Source of the DNA: Eubacteriales bacterium
GTDB taxonomy: Bacteria; Bacillota; Clostridia; Oscillospirales; CAG-272
Assembly (NCBI GenBank): GCA_045636245.1
Contig: JAZTXA010000149.1
Span: 1 to 35,408, forward strand
DNA length: 35,408 nucleotides
Direction: 5' to 3'
Shown here in pieces: positions 23,731 through 31,399 of this stretch. The notes beneath the pieces are model-generated. The model was not told where the DNA came from. It was given only the letters and a program-made list of their open reading frames with translations, and searched no databases. The translations under genes were made by a program, and so were the position numbers. The first letter of the stretch is position 1. Each line of letters starts with the position of its first letter.

Positions 23731-24968
23731 AGCTCAAATCCTTCGCCGTAACCGTAATGCTCTGCAACATAGTCAACGTCCTTGTCGCCTCTGCCCGAAA
23801 GTGTTGCAAGGATAGAACCGCCCGTTGTTGCGTGTTCCTTTGCGTATCTCATTGCAAAAGCAACTGCGTGTGAGCTTTCAAGCGCGGGTATAATACCCTC
23901 GTAACGTGACAGCGCGAAGAATGCCTTTACAGCCTCCTCATCGTCAACGGTTACGTAATTTACACGTCCGCAGTCGTGCAGATATGCGTGCTCGGGGCCG
24001 ACAGACGGGTAGTCAAGTCCGCTTGCGATTGAGTAAACGGGAGCAGGCTCACCATTTTTATCTTTAAGCATAATGCTTTCAAAGCCGTGCATAATACCGG
24101 GTTCACCGTATGTCATTGATGCCGCATGATCGCCGAAGCCCGAGCCCTTTCCGAGAGGCTCAATACCGTATATTTCAACGGGGTCAGCCAAAAATCCCGT
24201 AAATGTTCCGATGGAGTTTGAGCCGCCGCCTACACACGCTGCAACGGCATCGGGCATAATGCCCGTCATTTCAAAGAACTGCTCTCTTGCTTCAAAGCCG
24301 ATTACGGACTGAAAATCACGAACCATAAGAGGGAACGGGTGCGGGCCCAAAACGGAGCCGATGCAGTAAATTGCATCCTTGTATTCCTTCATATATGCAT
24401 CGAATGCCGCATCAACAGCCTCTTTGAGCGTCTTAAGTCCGTGTGTTACGGGTACTACTCTTGCGCCGAGCATCTTCATTCTCGTAACATTGGGCGCCTG
24501 CTTTGCAATATCAACTTCGCCCATGTAAATGTCACATTCAAGTCCGAAATATGCCGCCGCTGTTGCCAAGGCAACACCGTGCTGACCTGCGCCTGTTTCT
24601 GCAATAAGCTTCTTTTTGCCCATGTATTTTGCCAAAAGACCCTCACCCATGCAGTGGTTCAGCTTGTGCGCGCCCGTGTGGTTAAGGTCCTCACGCTTCA
24701 AGTATATCTGACAGTTACCGATCTTGTTTGAAAGTCTTTCGCAGTGGTAAACGGGTGTGGGTCTGCCTTGAAATTCCTTGCGGATACGGCGAAGCTCGTT
24801 GATGAACTTCGCGCTGTGGCAGATAGCCTGATATGCGTCGCTTATTTCCTTGAATGCAGGCTCAAGCTCAGGCTGAACATACGCACCGCCGTAACGGCCG
24901 AAGCGTCCGTCCTTTGTGGGAAATTCTTTAGAATATGTTGCAAAATCCTTGTAGGTTTTCTTTTCCAT
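23727..24968 (-). CDS. trpB: Tryptophan synthase beta chain (stand-alone; no trpA in the window)
   Basis: [27 protein letters not shown] (PLP lysine), [16 protein letters not shown] and GGGSNSIG blocks are present. It lies downstream of a UGG-specifier T-box. Confidence 0.9.
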   Translation of the reverse strand: MEKKTYKDFATYSKEFPTKDGRFGRYGGAYVQPELEPAFKEISDAYQAICHSAKFINELRRIRKEFQGRPTPVYHCERLSNKIGNCQIYLKREDLNHTGAHKLNHCMGEGLLAKYMGKKKLIAETGAGQHGVALATAAAYFGLECDIYMGEVDIAKQAPNVTRMKMLGARVVPVTHGLKTLKEAVDAAFDAYMKEYKDAIYCIGSVLGPHPFPLMVRDFQSVIGFEAREQFFEMTGIMPDAVAACVGGGSNSIGTFTGFLADPVEIYGIEPLGKGSGFGDHAASMTYGEPGIMHGFESIMLKDKNGEPAPVYSIASGLDYPSVGPEHAYLHDCGRVNYVTVDDEEAVKAFFALSRYEGIIPALESSHAVAFAMRYAKEHATTGGSILATLSGRGDKDVDYVAEHYGYGEGFEL

Positions 24969-25070
24969 TGTTTTCTCTCCTGTTATTTAGTGTAGTTATC
25001 TCTGTTAAGTTAATTTACGTCACGCACGCCATCGTCTTGACAGTATAAACATTTCGGTAACCTCTCAAAA

Positions 25071-25305
25071 TAAAAAATTCCTGTCCTATTATAGGACAAG
25101 AATAAAACTCCTGCGGTGCCACCTAAATTAACGGATATATCCGTTCTCCTCTGCCGTACACAAACGATGTACGCATTCATATAACGGTGAATCTCCGTCG
25201 GCCATTACTCACTTTTGCTTTCCTGCCGCCCTCATAAGTCCATTCGTTGACCGCTTTGTTATGGCATTACACCCGCCTGCCACTCTCTGTAAACTCTACG
25301 GAAAA
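25071..25305 (-). promoter_or_regulatory. T-box riboswitch leader, tryptophan specifier (UGG)
   Basis: Five elements are visible on the minus strand:
- AGAGT/AGAGAGT and the distal-loop GGTGTAA;
- specifier context GAA-TGG-A (UGG at plus-strand 25240-25242);
- F-box CCGTTA (25182-25187);
- T-box TAATTTAGGTGGCACCGCAGG (25110-25130);
- terminator TTCTTGTCCTAT-aat-AGGACAGGAA followed by TTTTTT. Confidence 0.85.
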
Positions 25306-25311
25306 CTACTA

Positions 25312-25341
25312 ATCTTAATCAAAGGTTTTATATATTGACAA
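25312..25341 (-). promoter_or_regulatory. Candidate promoter for the Trp T-box leader
   Basis: The minus strand reads TTGTCA, an 18-nt spacer, then TAAGAT, just upstream of Stem I. Confidence 0.4.
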
Positions 25342-25405
25342 CATTATACACCGAGGAAAATATTTTGTCAAGTGCTTTTTTGTAAAAAGGCATCGCCGTG
25401 CTTTC

Positions 25406-25434
25406 TTGACAAACCGACACATCTGTGATATAGT
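25406..25434 (+). promoter_or_regulatory. Strong sigma-A type promoter, followed by a leader of about 260 nt
   Basis: TTGACA, a 17-nt spacer, then TGaTATAGT (extended -10). Confidence 0.55.
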
Positions 25435-25696
25435 AAATTCAGGTATTACCGCCGCAATGGCCGGATGCTTTGATGAAATATATATATCAACTTTCGGACT
25501 TATTCTCTGTCGGGAATTCTCAAATGAGGAATGCTATGTCAGAAATGGTCGAATTTTTTGAGTGGAAATCCTGTCGAATACAGAAATGACATTCTTACAA
25601 ACAGGTTTGGCTTGCGGTGTGTTTTACAGAGATATGTTAATTGCTATACAAAATATGTACCGTTTGTATCATATATAACATTCGAGGAGGTTTATA

Positions 25697-26209
25697 GTGG
25701 AACTTTTTCGTAAAAAAGAGATTTTATTAAGAATTATCTGTATTGCCGTTCTTATCGGCTACGGGACAGTTCTTATCGGTATTCCTTGGATAAGATCACT
25801 TGTAAGACTTAACGAGCTTTCAAAGCTGCCGTATTATGTTGTCTATGATCGGTACGCTATGAGCAGATTTACAGACTACGATATGTTCGAAGTGTATGTT
25901 ATGGTGAACGAAAAGAAAGATGAAATGCCGATTGAAGATAAAGTGAAAAGTCTTCTCACCGAGGATTTTCTTGGTGAAATGCGTAATGTACCGTCTGAAA
26001 ATCCCGACAAAGGAAATTTATATGAAAAATACGGAGAACATGATTTAAAGGTCTTTTTTATGTTCCCGGCGAAAGATTTACCGTATGGATGGGAAAGAGG
26101 ATATGCGTCGAATATGGAAATTCCGTACGATCACGCAATAAAAGCTACGCTTGAAATACCGATAAACGCAGACAGCGTTGATGATTGCGGGCTTGACTTG
26201 TGGAAATAA
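25697..26209 (+). CDS. Membrane-anchored hypothetical protein
   Basis: GTG start 6 nt after GAGGAGG. It has an N-terminal TM helix (LLRIICIAVLIGYGTVLIGIPWI). I recognise no family. Confidence 0.6.
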   Translation: MELFRKKEILLRIICIAVLIGYGTVLIGIPWIRSLVRLNELSKLPYYVVYDRYAMSRFTDYDMFEVYVMVNEKKDEMPIEDKVKSLLTEDFLGEMRNVPSENPDKGNLYEKYGEHDLKVFFMFPAKDLPYGWERGYASNMEIPYDHAIKATLEIPINADSVDDCGLDLWK

Positions 26210-26354
26210 GACCGGCGCATAAAAGCGCGGTTCTTGATGCATAGCCAGCGGTTTATTGGCAGATGTCTTAAAAGCAAAACTGTTGTTAATACGTAATCGC
26301 ATTATAAAACAAATCGGCAGAGAAACAATATCTCTGTCGATTTTTGATTGTTGA

Positions 26355-26427
26355 CCGTAGGGGCGATTCACGAATAGCCCGGCATAAAACACATCAAAAA
26401 AGGGGCGATTCGTGAATCGCCCCTACG
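26355..26427. repeat. Pair of inverted GTAGGGGCGATTCACGAAT units (family B structured repeat)
   Basis: CGTAGGGGCGATTCACGAAT (26355-26374) is the exact reverse complement of 26408-26427, a 20-bp perfect inverted repeat with a 33-nt spacer. Confidence 0.8.
26395..26424 (-). terminator. Rho-independent terminator of jag (built from the distal repeat unit)
   Basis: The minus strand reads AGGGGCGATTC-ac-GAATCGCCCCT followed by TTTTTTGATG. Confidence 0.7.
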
Positions 26428-26455
26428 AAGTCTTTATGAAAACCTCGTATTTAAT

Positions 26456-27103
26456 TTAAGCCTGTGTTTTTTTGTCGAGTGCAACTACGACCTTGCGGTT
26501 AGATTCCTGACCTACAGAGAATGTCGTGATGCCTTCGATGCCCTGAATTTCAGAGTGGATTATACGTCTTTCCTGTGCCGTCATAGGCTCAAGAGTTACG
26601 TTTCTTCTTGTTCTTCTCACTCTTTCCGCTGTTCTTCTTGCAAGCGCACGGAGCGTGTCCTCACGCTTTGCACGGTAATTTTCGATGTCAACAACGATTC
26701 TTGTGTAAGCTCTGTCATCGTTTTCACCGTCTTTTTTGTTTGCGGCGAGATTTGTCAGATACTGAAGTGAATCAAGTGTGTCGCCGTGGTGGCCGATAAG
26801 GACACCGGCATCTTCGCCGCTGATGCTTATAACGGCACCGTCGGAATTTTCTTCAACGCTGATCTCGGCTGAAAGATTCATATTGTCAATAAGTGTTTTT
26901 ATAAATTCTGTTGCTGTTTTAAGCGGGGGCACGGTGTAAGAAACCTTTACCTTTGCGGGTGTCGCTCCCATACCGAGGAAGCCCTTTTTCGCTTCTTCAA
27001 CAACTTCGTAGGTAATATCGGAAAGCTCAACGCCGAGCTGTGTGAGGGCATCCTCAAGTGCCGCCTCGGTGGTTTTTCCGATAACTGTAATTTCCTTTTT
27101 CAT
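26456..27103 (-). CDS. jag: Jag/KhpB-type RNA-binding protein (Jag_N, KH, R3H domains)
   Basis: The N-terminus is MKKEITVIGKTTEAALEDALTQLGV and the C-terminal R3H block is MTAQERRIIHSEIQ. It sits downstream of yidC. Confidence 0.9.
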   Translation of the reverse strand: MKKEITVIGKTTEAALEDALTQLGVELSDITYEVVEEAKKGFLGMGATPAKVKVSYTVPPLKTATEFIKTLIDNMNLSAEISVEENSDGAVISISGEDAGVLIGHHGDTLDSLQYLTNLAANKKDGENDDRAYTRIVVDIENYRAKREDTLRALARRTAERVRRTRRNVTLEPMTAQERRIIHSEIQGIEGITTFSVGQESNRKVVVALDKKTQA

Positions 27104-27141
27104 TTTGTCTCCGACCGCTTATGCGGTAATTTGATTTTGAA

Positions 27142-28365
27142 TTATTCTTCGCTGTCGTTCTCTTTTTTATCGTCTTCTTTAAGCTCCGCTCGGGCTATCG
27201 ATTTTTTGCCCTGCTCTGACTTCTTTTTGAATACGGAATCGTCTTCCATGCTGTCATCGGTACCTTTTCTCGGAATGTATTCTTCATCATCGTCGATGTG
27301 GTGAAGTGAACGCTTTGCACGCTCCTTCTTTTCCGCTGCCTGTGCCTTACGTGCCGCCGCTGCTTCTTTTTCTGCTTCCTTCTGCATCTGTCTTATTTCC
27401 TCGTCAGTCAGCTTCGGAATGGGGAACATCTTTGAAAGAATTATCTGCTGTGCAAGACCGAGCACATTCTGATATACCCAGTAGAAAGCAAGCGCTGTGG
27501 GCAAGCTGTAGCTGATGAATGCAGACAACGCGGGCATCATTACATCCATCATTTTCATGGACATATTGTTTGCCGCATCCTGTGCTGCCATGGGCTGATA
27601 TGTGAATTTCTTCTGTATCTTCATTGTGAAGAACATTGCCAAAAATACGGCAACGGGAACAAGCAAATATAAGCCCGAAGCAACATTCGGTGCTTTGCCG
27701 AGGTCGATTATACCGAAAAGATTGAAGTTCGGCAAATCAGGGGAATTAAGCCTTGCTGCGATGTCCGCGCAATAAGTGCTCCAATCCGAAATTGCCGCAC
27801 CGCCGGCATCTACTGCGCCGGAAGGAACGACACCGTCCTTCGGTAATGCGTTGATTATTGCTTCAGCACCGTTTTTGTTGACGTAGCTGAGGACGTTTAT
27901 TGCAGCGGTGTACGTTGCCTTTGCAACACCGTCTATATAACCCGTTGCACGGTTATAAGCCTCGGTTATTGTTTCGACCTGTGCTGTTGAAAAACGGCAC
28001 ACGTAGTAAAGCGGGTTCTGAATGATGGCATAAAGTGAATAAAGTACGGGAAGCTGTATTAAAAGGGGAAGACAACCGCCAAACTGGCTGTATCCCTCTC
28101 TTTGATACATTTCCTGTATCTCCATTGTCATCTTTTGCTGTGTTTGTTGATCCGTGCGGCCCTTGTATTTCTTGCGAATTGCAAGCTCTTTAGGGCGAAG
28201 TTGTGCGGATTTCACCGAGTTTTTCTGTTGCTTGATACTCAGCGGGAAAAGAATGATCTTAACGATCAAGGCAAACAGAAAAAGTGCGAGTGCATAGTTA
28301 TGAAACGATATTTTATCGCAAAATATCATTACATATTTAAGTATTTCGGCAAGCCAATCGAACAT
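27142..28365 (-). CDS. yidC: YidC/Oxa1-family membrane protein insertase
   Basis: GGCLPLLIQLPVLYSLY and the YWVYQNVLGLAQQ blocks are present. At 407 aa it is long, with an extended internal loop and a highly charged C-terminal tail. Confidence 0.9.
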   Translation of the reverse strand: MFDWLAEILKYVMIFCDKISFHNYALALFLFALIVKIILFPLSIKQQKNSVKSAQLRPKELAIRKKYKGRTDQQTQQKMTMEIQEMYQREGYSQFGGCLPLLIQLPVLYSLYAIIQNPLYYVCRFSTAQVETITEAYNRATGYIDGVAKATYTAAINVLSYVNKNGAEAIINALPKDGVVPSGAVDAGGAAISDWSTYCADIAARLNSPDLPNFNLFGIIDLGKAPNVASGLYLLVPVAVFLAMFFTMKIQKKFTYQPMAAQDAANNMSMKMMDVMMPALSAFISYSLPTALAFYWVYQNVLGLAQQIILSKMFPIPKLTDEEIRQMQKEAEKEAAAARKAQAAEKKERAKRSLHHIDDDEEYIPRKGTDDSMEDDSVFKKKSEQGKKSIARAELKEDDKKENDSEE

Positions 28366-28373
28366 TTAATGCC

Positions 28374-28622
28374 TTACTCCTCTTTTTTTTGCTGTGAAGG
28401 GCGTATGCCTTTTTCGGGTACAGGGTCGTAACCGCCTTTACAGAAAGGGTTACAGCGCAGTATCCGCCAAACACTTAAGCATAGACCCATAAAAAAGCCT
28501 CGTTTGGAAAAAGCCTCGTATGCGTATTGCGAGCACGAGGGGGTGAACCGACAGCATCTCGGCTTAAGCGGCGAAATGAAACGCTGATACATACGTATCA
28601 TATACATAAACACGTATTTCAT
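28374..28622 (-). CDS. yidD: Membrane protein insertion efficiency factor YidD
   Basis: [30 protein letters not shown] ... [13 protein letters not shown]. Its start overlaps the rnpA stop (ATGA at 28619-28622). Confidence 0.88.
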   Translation of the reverse strand: MKYVFMYMIRMYQRFISPLKPRCCRFTPSCSQYAYEAFSKRGFFMGLCLSVWRILRCNPFCKGGYDPVPEKGIRPSQQKKEE

Positions 28623-28996
28623 TCGACGATCATTCCCGTTTTTCTGAGTGCTTCCGTCAAGTCTTTGAAAACTTCGTCTGTTTTTGCTTCTGTTGCGGGC
28701 CCTCTTGCGGCAATTACCACAAGCTGTCCCGTTTTTAGGGTATATTCTTTCTGGGCTTTGTAATATGCCTCACGCATGACTCTCTTTGCTCTGTTGCGCA
28801 AAGGAGCACCGCCGAGCTTCTTGGTGACGGTAAGACCGACACGGTTAATCCTCAATTTTAACGGATGCGCCCGCTGTAAACGGGAAGCGTGATAATCGGG
28901 TAAAATATAGACACAAACAGTGCGTGTTACCGCCCTTTTGCCTTTTGTATACACTTTGGAAAACAGATGGTTTTCATTGATTGCGTAAAGCTTCAT
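28619..28996 (-). CDS. rnpA: Ribonuclease P protein component
   Basis: Start taken at ATG 28996 ([21 protein letters not shown]). The RNR-like motif is [17 protein letters not shown]. The length (125 aa) and the position after rpmH both fit. Confidence 0.85.
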   Translation of the reverse strand: MKLYAINENHLFSKVYTKGKRAVTRTVCVYILPDYHASRLQRAHPLKLRINRVGLTVTKKLGGAPLRNRAKRVMREAYYKAQKEYTLKTGQLVVIAARGPATEAKTDEVFKDLTEALRKTGMIVE

Positions 28997-29118
28997 TGAC
29001 CAAGTCCTGCTTCGGTACAGATTTTGTAAATAAAAGTATGCCCCCGTTTTATCGAAAAACGAGGGACGGGCTGCGGACATACGTCAGCAGCCCTTGGAAA
29101 CTAATTTTGTCGCAAGAA

Positions 29119-29253
29119 TTAATAAGTAAGTCTTGCTCTGCCTTTAGCGCGTCTGCGCTTGAGGACTTTTCTGCCGTTAGCGGTCTTCATTCTCTTTCTG
29201 GAGCCGTGTTCTTTTTTTCTCTGGCGGTTCTTAGGCTGATATGTTCTGAGCAT
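29119..29253 (-). CDS. rpmH: 50S ribosomal protein L34
   Basis: The C-terminal 44 aa of the track ORF read [49 protein letters not shown] lies 7 nt upstream. Confidence 0.95.
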   Translation of the reverse strand: MLRTYQPKNRQRKKEHGSRKRMKTANGRKVLKRRRAKGRARLTY

Positions 29254-29355
29254 TTTGGAACCTCCTTTGTAATAAACGGAATAATTATATACAGATGCCC
29301 CGATTACAGCACCGACATAATCAATCATTCTGCCCATGTATGGGCAAGCGGATTT

Positions 29356-29384
29356 ATTATAAAGCAAAGGGAATGTTTTGTCAA
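29356..29384 (-). promoter_or_regulatory. Consensus sigma-A promoter for rpmH-rnpA-yidD-yidC-jag
   Basis: The minus strand reads TTGACA, a 17-nt spacer, then TATAAT. Both hexamers are perfect. Confidence 0.7.
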
Positions 29385-29528
29385 TAGTTATTCCGATTTT
29401 ATTTTGTAAATTTTTTAAGAATCGGTATTTTTCCAAAAAATTCCGCGGATATATACACATTTTACGGCAAAACTAATCTCGGCGCAGTAAGAAAGACACT
29501 GCGCAATTAAGAAAGGATAATATGAAAG

Positions 29529-29834
29529 ATGAAGAAAATATATTTACTGATTCTTGCTGTGGCAGTGTCACTTACCTTTTGCGCCTGTGGAAATGATGAT
29601 ATGGCCACAACAACGGCAGACGGCACAAAAGCACCGTCAACAAGCGCGGTGACAGATAAGGTGACAGACAAAATTACGGACAGAATGACCGAATACGTGA
29701 CAGAAGATCAAATGACAGGGACAGATAGAGAAAGTGATACCGTAAACGATGGGGAAAGCGGCGGACTTCCCGAAATAGTCACAGATGCCGTAAGTGACAT
29801 CAGAGGCTTCTTCGGAAGACTCGGCAACAAATAA
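29529..29834 (+). CDS. Small lipoprotein with a repetitive acidic T/D-rich region
   Basis: The signal and lipobox are MKKIYLLILAVAVSLTFCAC. It contains VTDKVTDKITDRMTEYVTED repeats. A terminator follows. Confidence 0.55.
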   Translation: MKKIYLLILAVAVSLTFCACGNDDMATTTADGTKAPSTSAVTDKVTDKITDRMTEYVTEDQMTGTDRESDTVNDGESGGLPEIVTDAVSDIRGFFGRLGNK

Positions 29835-29840
29835 ATCAAA

Positions 29841-29866
29841 AGCCGATGCAGATTTTTGCATCGGCT
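29841..29866. terminator. Bidirectional terminator between the lipoprotein gene and rarA
   Basis: AGCCGATGCA-gatttt-TGCATCGGCT. Confidence 0.7.
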
Positions 29867-29871
29867 GATTG

Positions 29872-31137
29872 TTATTTATTTTCCTTTATTTTGTCCCAAT
29901 ATGCTTTTGCGGCTTGCTCTGTTTTGTTTGAACCGTATGTATAATAAACCTTATCTTTTATATCATTGGGAAGATACTGCTGTTTTACATAATCGTTTTC
30001 GTAAGCGTGCGGGTATTTGTATCCTATACCGTGGCCGAGTGATTCCGCGCCTGCGTAATGGCTGTCAAGCAGATGGTCGGGAATGTTTTTGCCAAGTCCC
30101 TGTGCGATGTCTGCCGCTGCCCTTTCGTATGCCTCAAGCGCTGTGACCGATTTCGGTGCGGTGGCAAGCATCACCGTGCAGTTTGCAAGCGGTATTCTTG
30201 CCTCGGGAATACCGAGGGTGAGTGCCTGCTGACAGCATGCATACGTTATTGCCGATGCCATCGGGTATGCCGCGCCGATATCCTCAGAGGCGATGACTGA
30301 CAGACGGCGTACCACGCTCAAAAGCTCACCTGCGCCGAGAAGCTTTGCAAGATAAAATACGGATGCGTCGGGGTCAGAACCGCGTATAGATTTTTGCAAA
30401 GCCGAAAGAAGGTCGTAATGACTGTCGCCGTCTTTTGCAAAAGCACCCTGTCCGCGCATGGCGTCGGGGATAAACTTGTCAGCAAGCTCGCGTGTTATTT
30501 CTGCTTCTGATGCATACCAAATATGTTCAAGCATTCCAATGGAACGCCTGACATCGCCTCCGCACACTGATGCGATATATTCAAGGATATCTGTTTGACA
30601 TGTGACGGTTTTTCCGCTTTCGGTGTTTAAAAGTGCAAGCGCTTTTTCAAGCCGTACTGCGCACATTTTCGGTGTTACGGGCTTGAATTCAAATACGGCA
30701 CTACGTGAGATAACAGCGCTGTATACCGAGAAAAACGGGTTTTCCGCAGTTGATGCGATAAGCGTTATGCGTCCGTCCTCAATATACTCCAAAAGCGACT
30801 GCTGTTGCTTTTTGTTGAAATACTGTATTTCATCAAGATAAAGCAGTATGCCGCCTTCGCCTATTGCAGAGCCTGTTTGCTCCGCAATGCTTTTGACATC
30901 CGCAAGTGAGGCGGTGGTTGCATTCAGCTTGTACATTGTCATATTTGATTTTTTTGCAATTATGTTGGCGCTTGTCGTTTTTCCCGTTCCGGGCGGGCCG
31001 TAGAATATCATGTTTGTCAAATATCCCGACTCCGTCATTTTGCGGAGTGAGCCGTTTTTGCCAAATAAATGCTCCTGCCCTACAATATCATCAAATTCTT
31101 CGGGCCTCATTCTGTCTGCCAAGGGACGTATTATCAT
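29872..31137 (-). CDS. rarA: Replication-associated recombination protein A (AAA+ ATPase)
   Basis: RPLADRMRPEEFDDIVGQEHL, Walker A GPPGTGKTT, Walker B LYLDEIQ and a MgsA-type C-terminal domain (HYDLLSALQKSIRGSD) are present. Confidence 0.9.
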   Translation of the reverse strand: MIIRPLADRMRPEEFDDIVGQEHLFGKNGSLRKMTESGYLTNMIFYGPPGTGKTTSANIIAKKSNMTMYKLNATTASLADVKSIAEQTGSAIGEGGILLYLDEIQYFNKKQQQSLLEYIEDGRITLIASTAENPFFSVYSAVISRSAVFEFKPVTPKMCAVRLEKALALLNTESGKTVTCQTDILEYIASVCGGDVRRSIGMLEHIWYASEAEITRELADKFIPDAMRGQGAFAKDGDSHYDLLSALQKSIRGSDPDASVFYLAKLLGAGELLSVVRRLSVIASEDIGAAYPMASAITYACCQQALTLGIPEARIPLANCTVMLATAPKSVTALEAYERAAADIAQGLGKNIPDHLLDSHYAGAESLGHGIGYKYPHAYENDYVKQQYLPNDIKDKVYYTYGSNKTEQAAKAYWDKIKENK

Positions 31138-31175
31138 ATATTTCTCCGATTTTTATTTTCATAAAGGGGATATGC

Positions 31176-31270
31176 GGGTCGTCGAGGGCGCCGACCCCTA
31201 CGGTGCCTCGAATAAACCAATCGTGTAGGGGGCGCGCCCAATCAGTTCGCTTTGCGAATCGGCCGACCTA
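31176..31270. repeat. GC-rich structured intergenic repeat (family B-like; CCCCTACG / GTAGGGGG units)
   Basis: GGGTCGTCGAGGGCGCCGACCCCTACGG is followed about 20 nt later by GTGTAGGGGGCGCGCCCAATCAGTTCGCTTTGCGAATCGGCCGACC. These are inverted GTAGGGG-type units plus a TTCGC-ttt-GCGAA hairpin. Confidence 0.5.
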
Positions 31271-31340
31271 TTTCAATACATATTATACACCCCCCGCATC
31301 GAATCGTCAAGTAAGGGGGCGAATTTTAATAATTAATTTG

Positions 31341-31369
31341 TTGACACGGTGTTTGTTGTGTGGTAGAAT
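31341..31369 (+). promoter_or_regulatory. Sigma-A type promoter for the 5'-nucleotidase-like gene
   Basis: TTGACA, a 17-nt spacer, then TGgTAGAAT (extended -10). Confidence 0.6.
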
Positions 31370-31399
31370 TATCTCAAACAATCCTGAATGGAGAAAAAT

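Noticed and set aside
25531-25713. 60-aa plus-strand ORF in the long leader upstream of 25697
   Set aside because: It has no RBS, an odd composition, and overlaps the RBS and start of the better-supported downstream gene. The region is kept only as a possible regulatory leader.
29254-29528. Possible oriC upstream of rpmH
   Set aside because: No DnaA-box cluster was visible by eye and no dnaA gene is adjacent. The region is explained by the rpmH promoter and the lipoprotein 5' region. A PWM scan would be needed to be sure.
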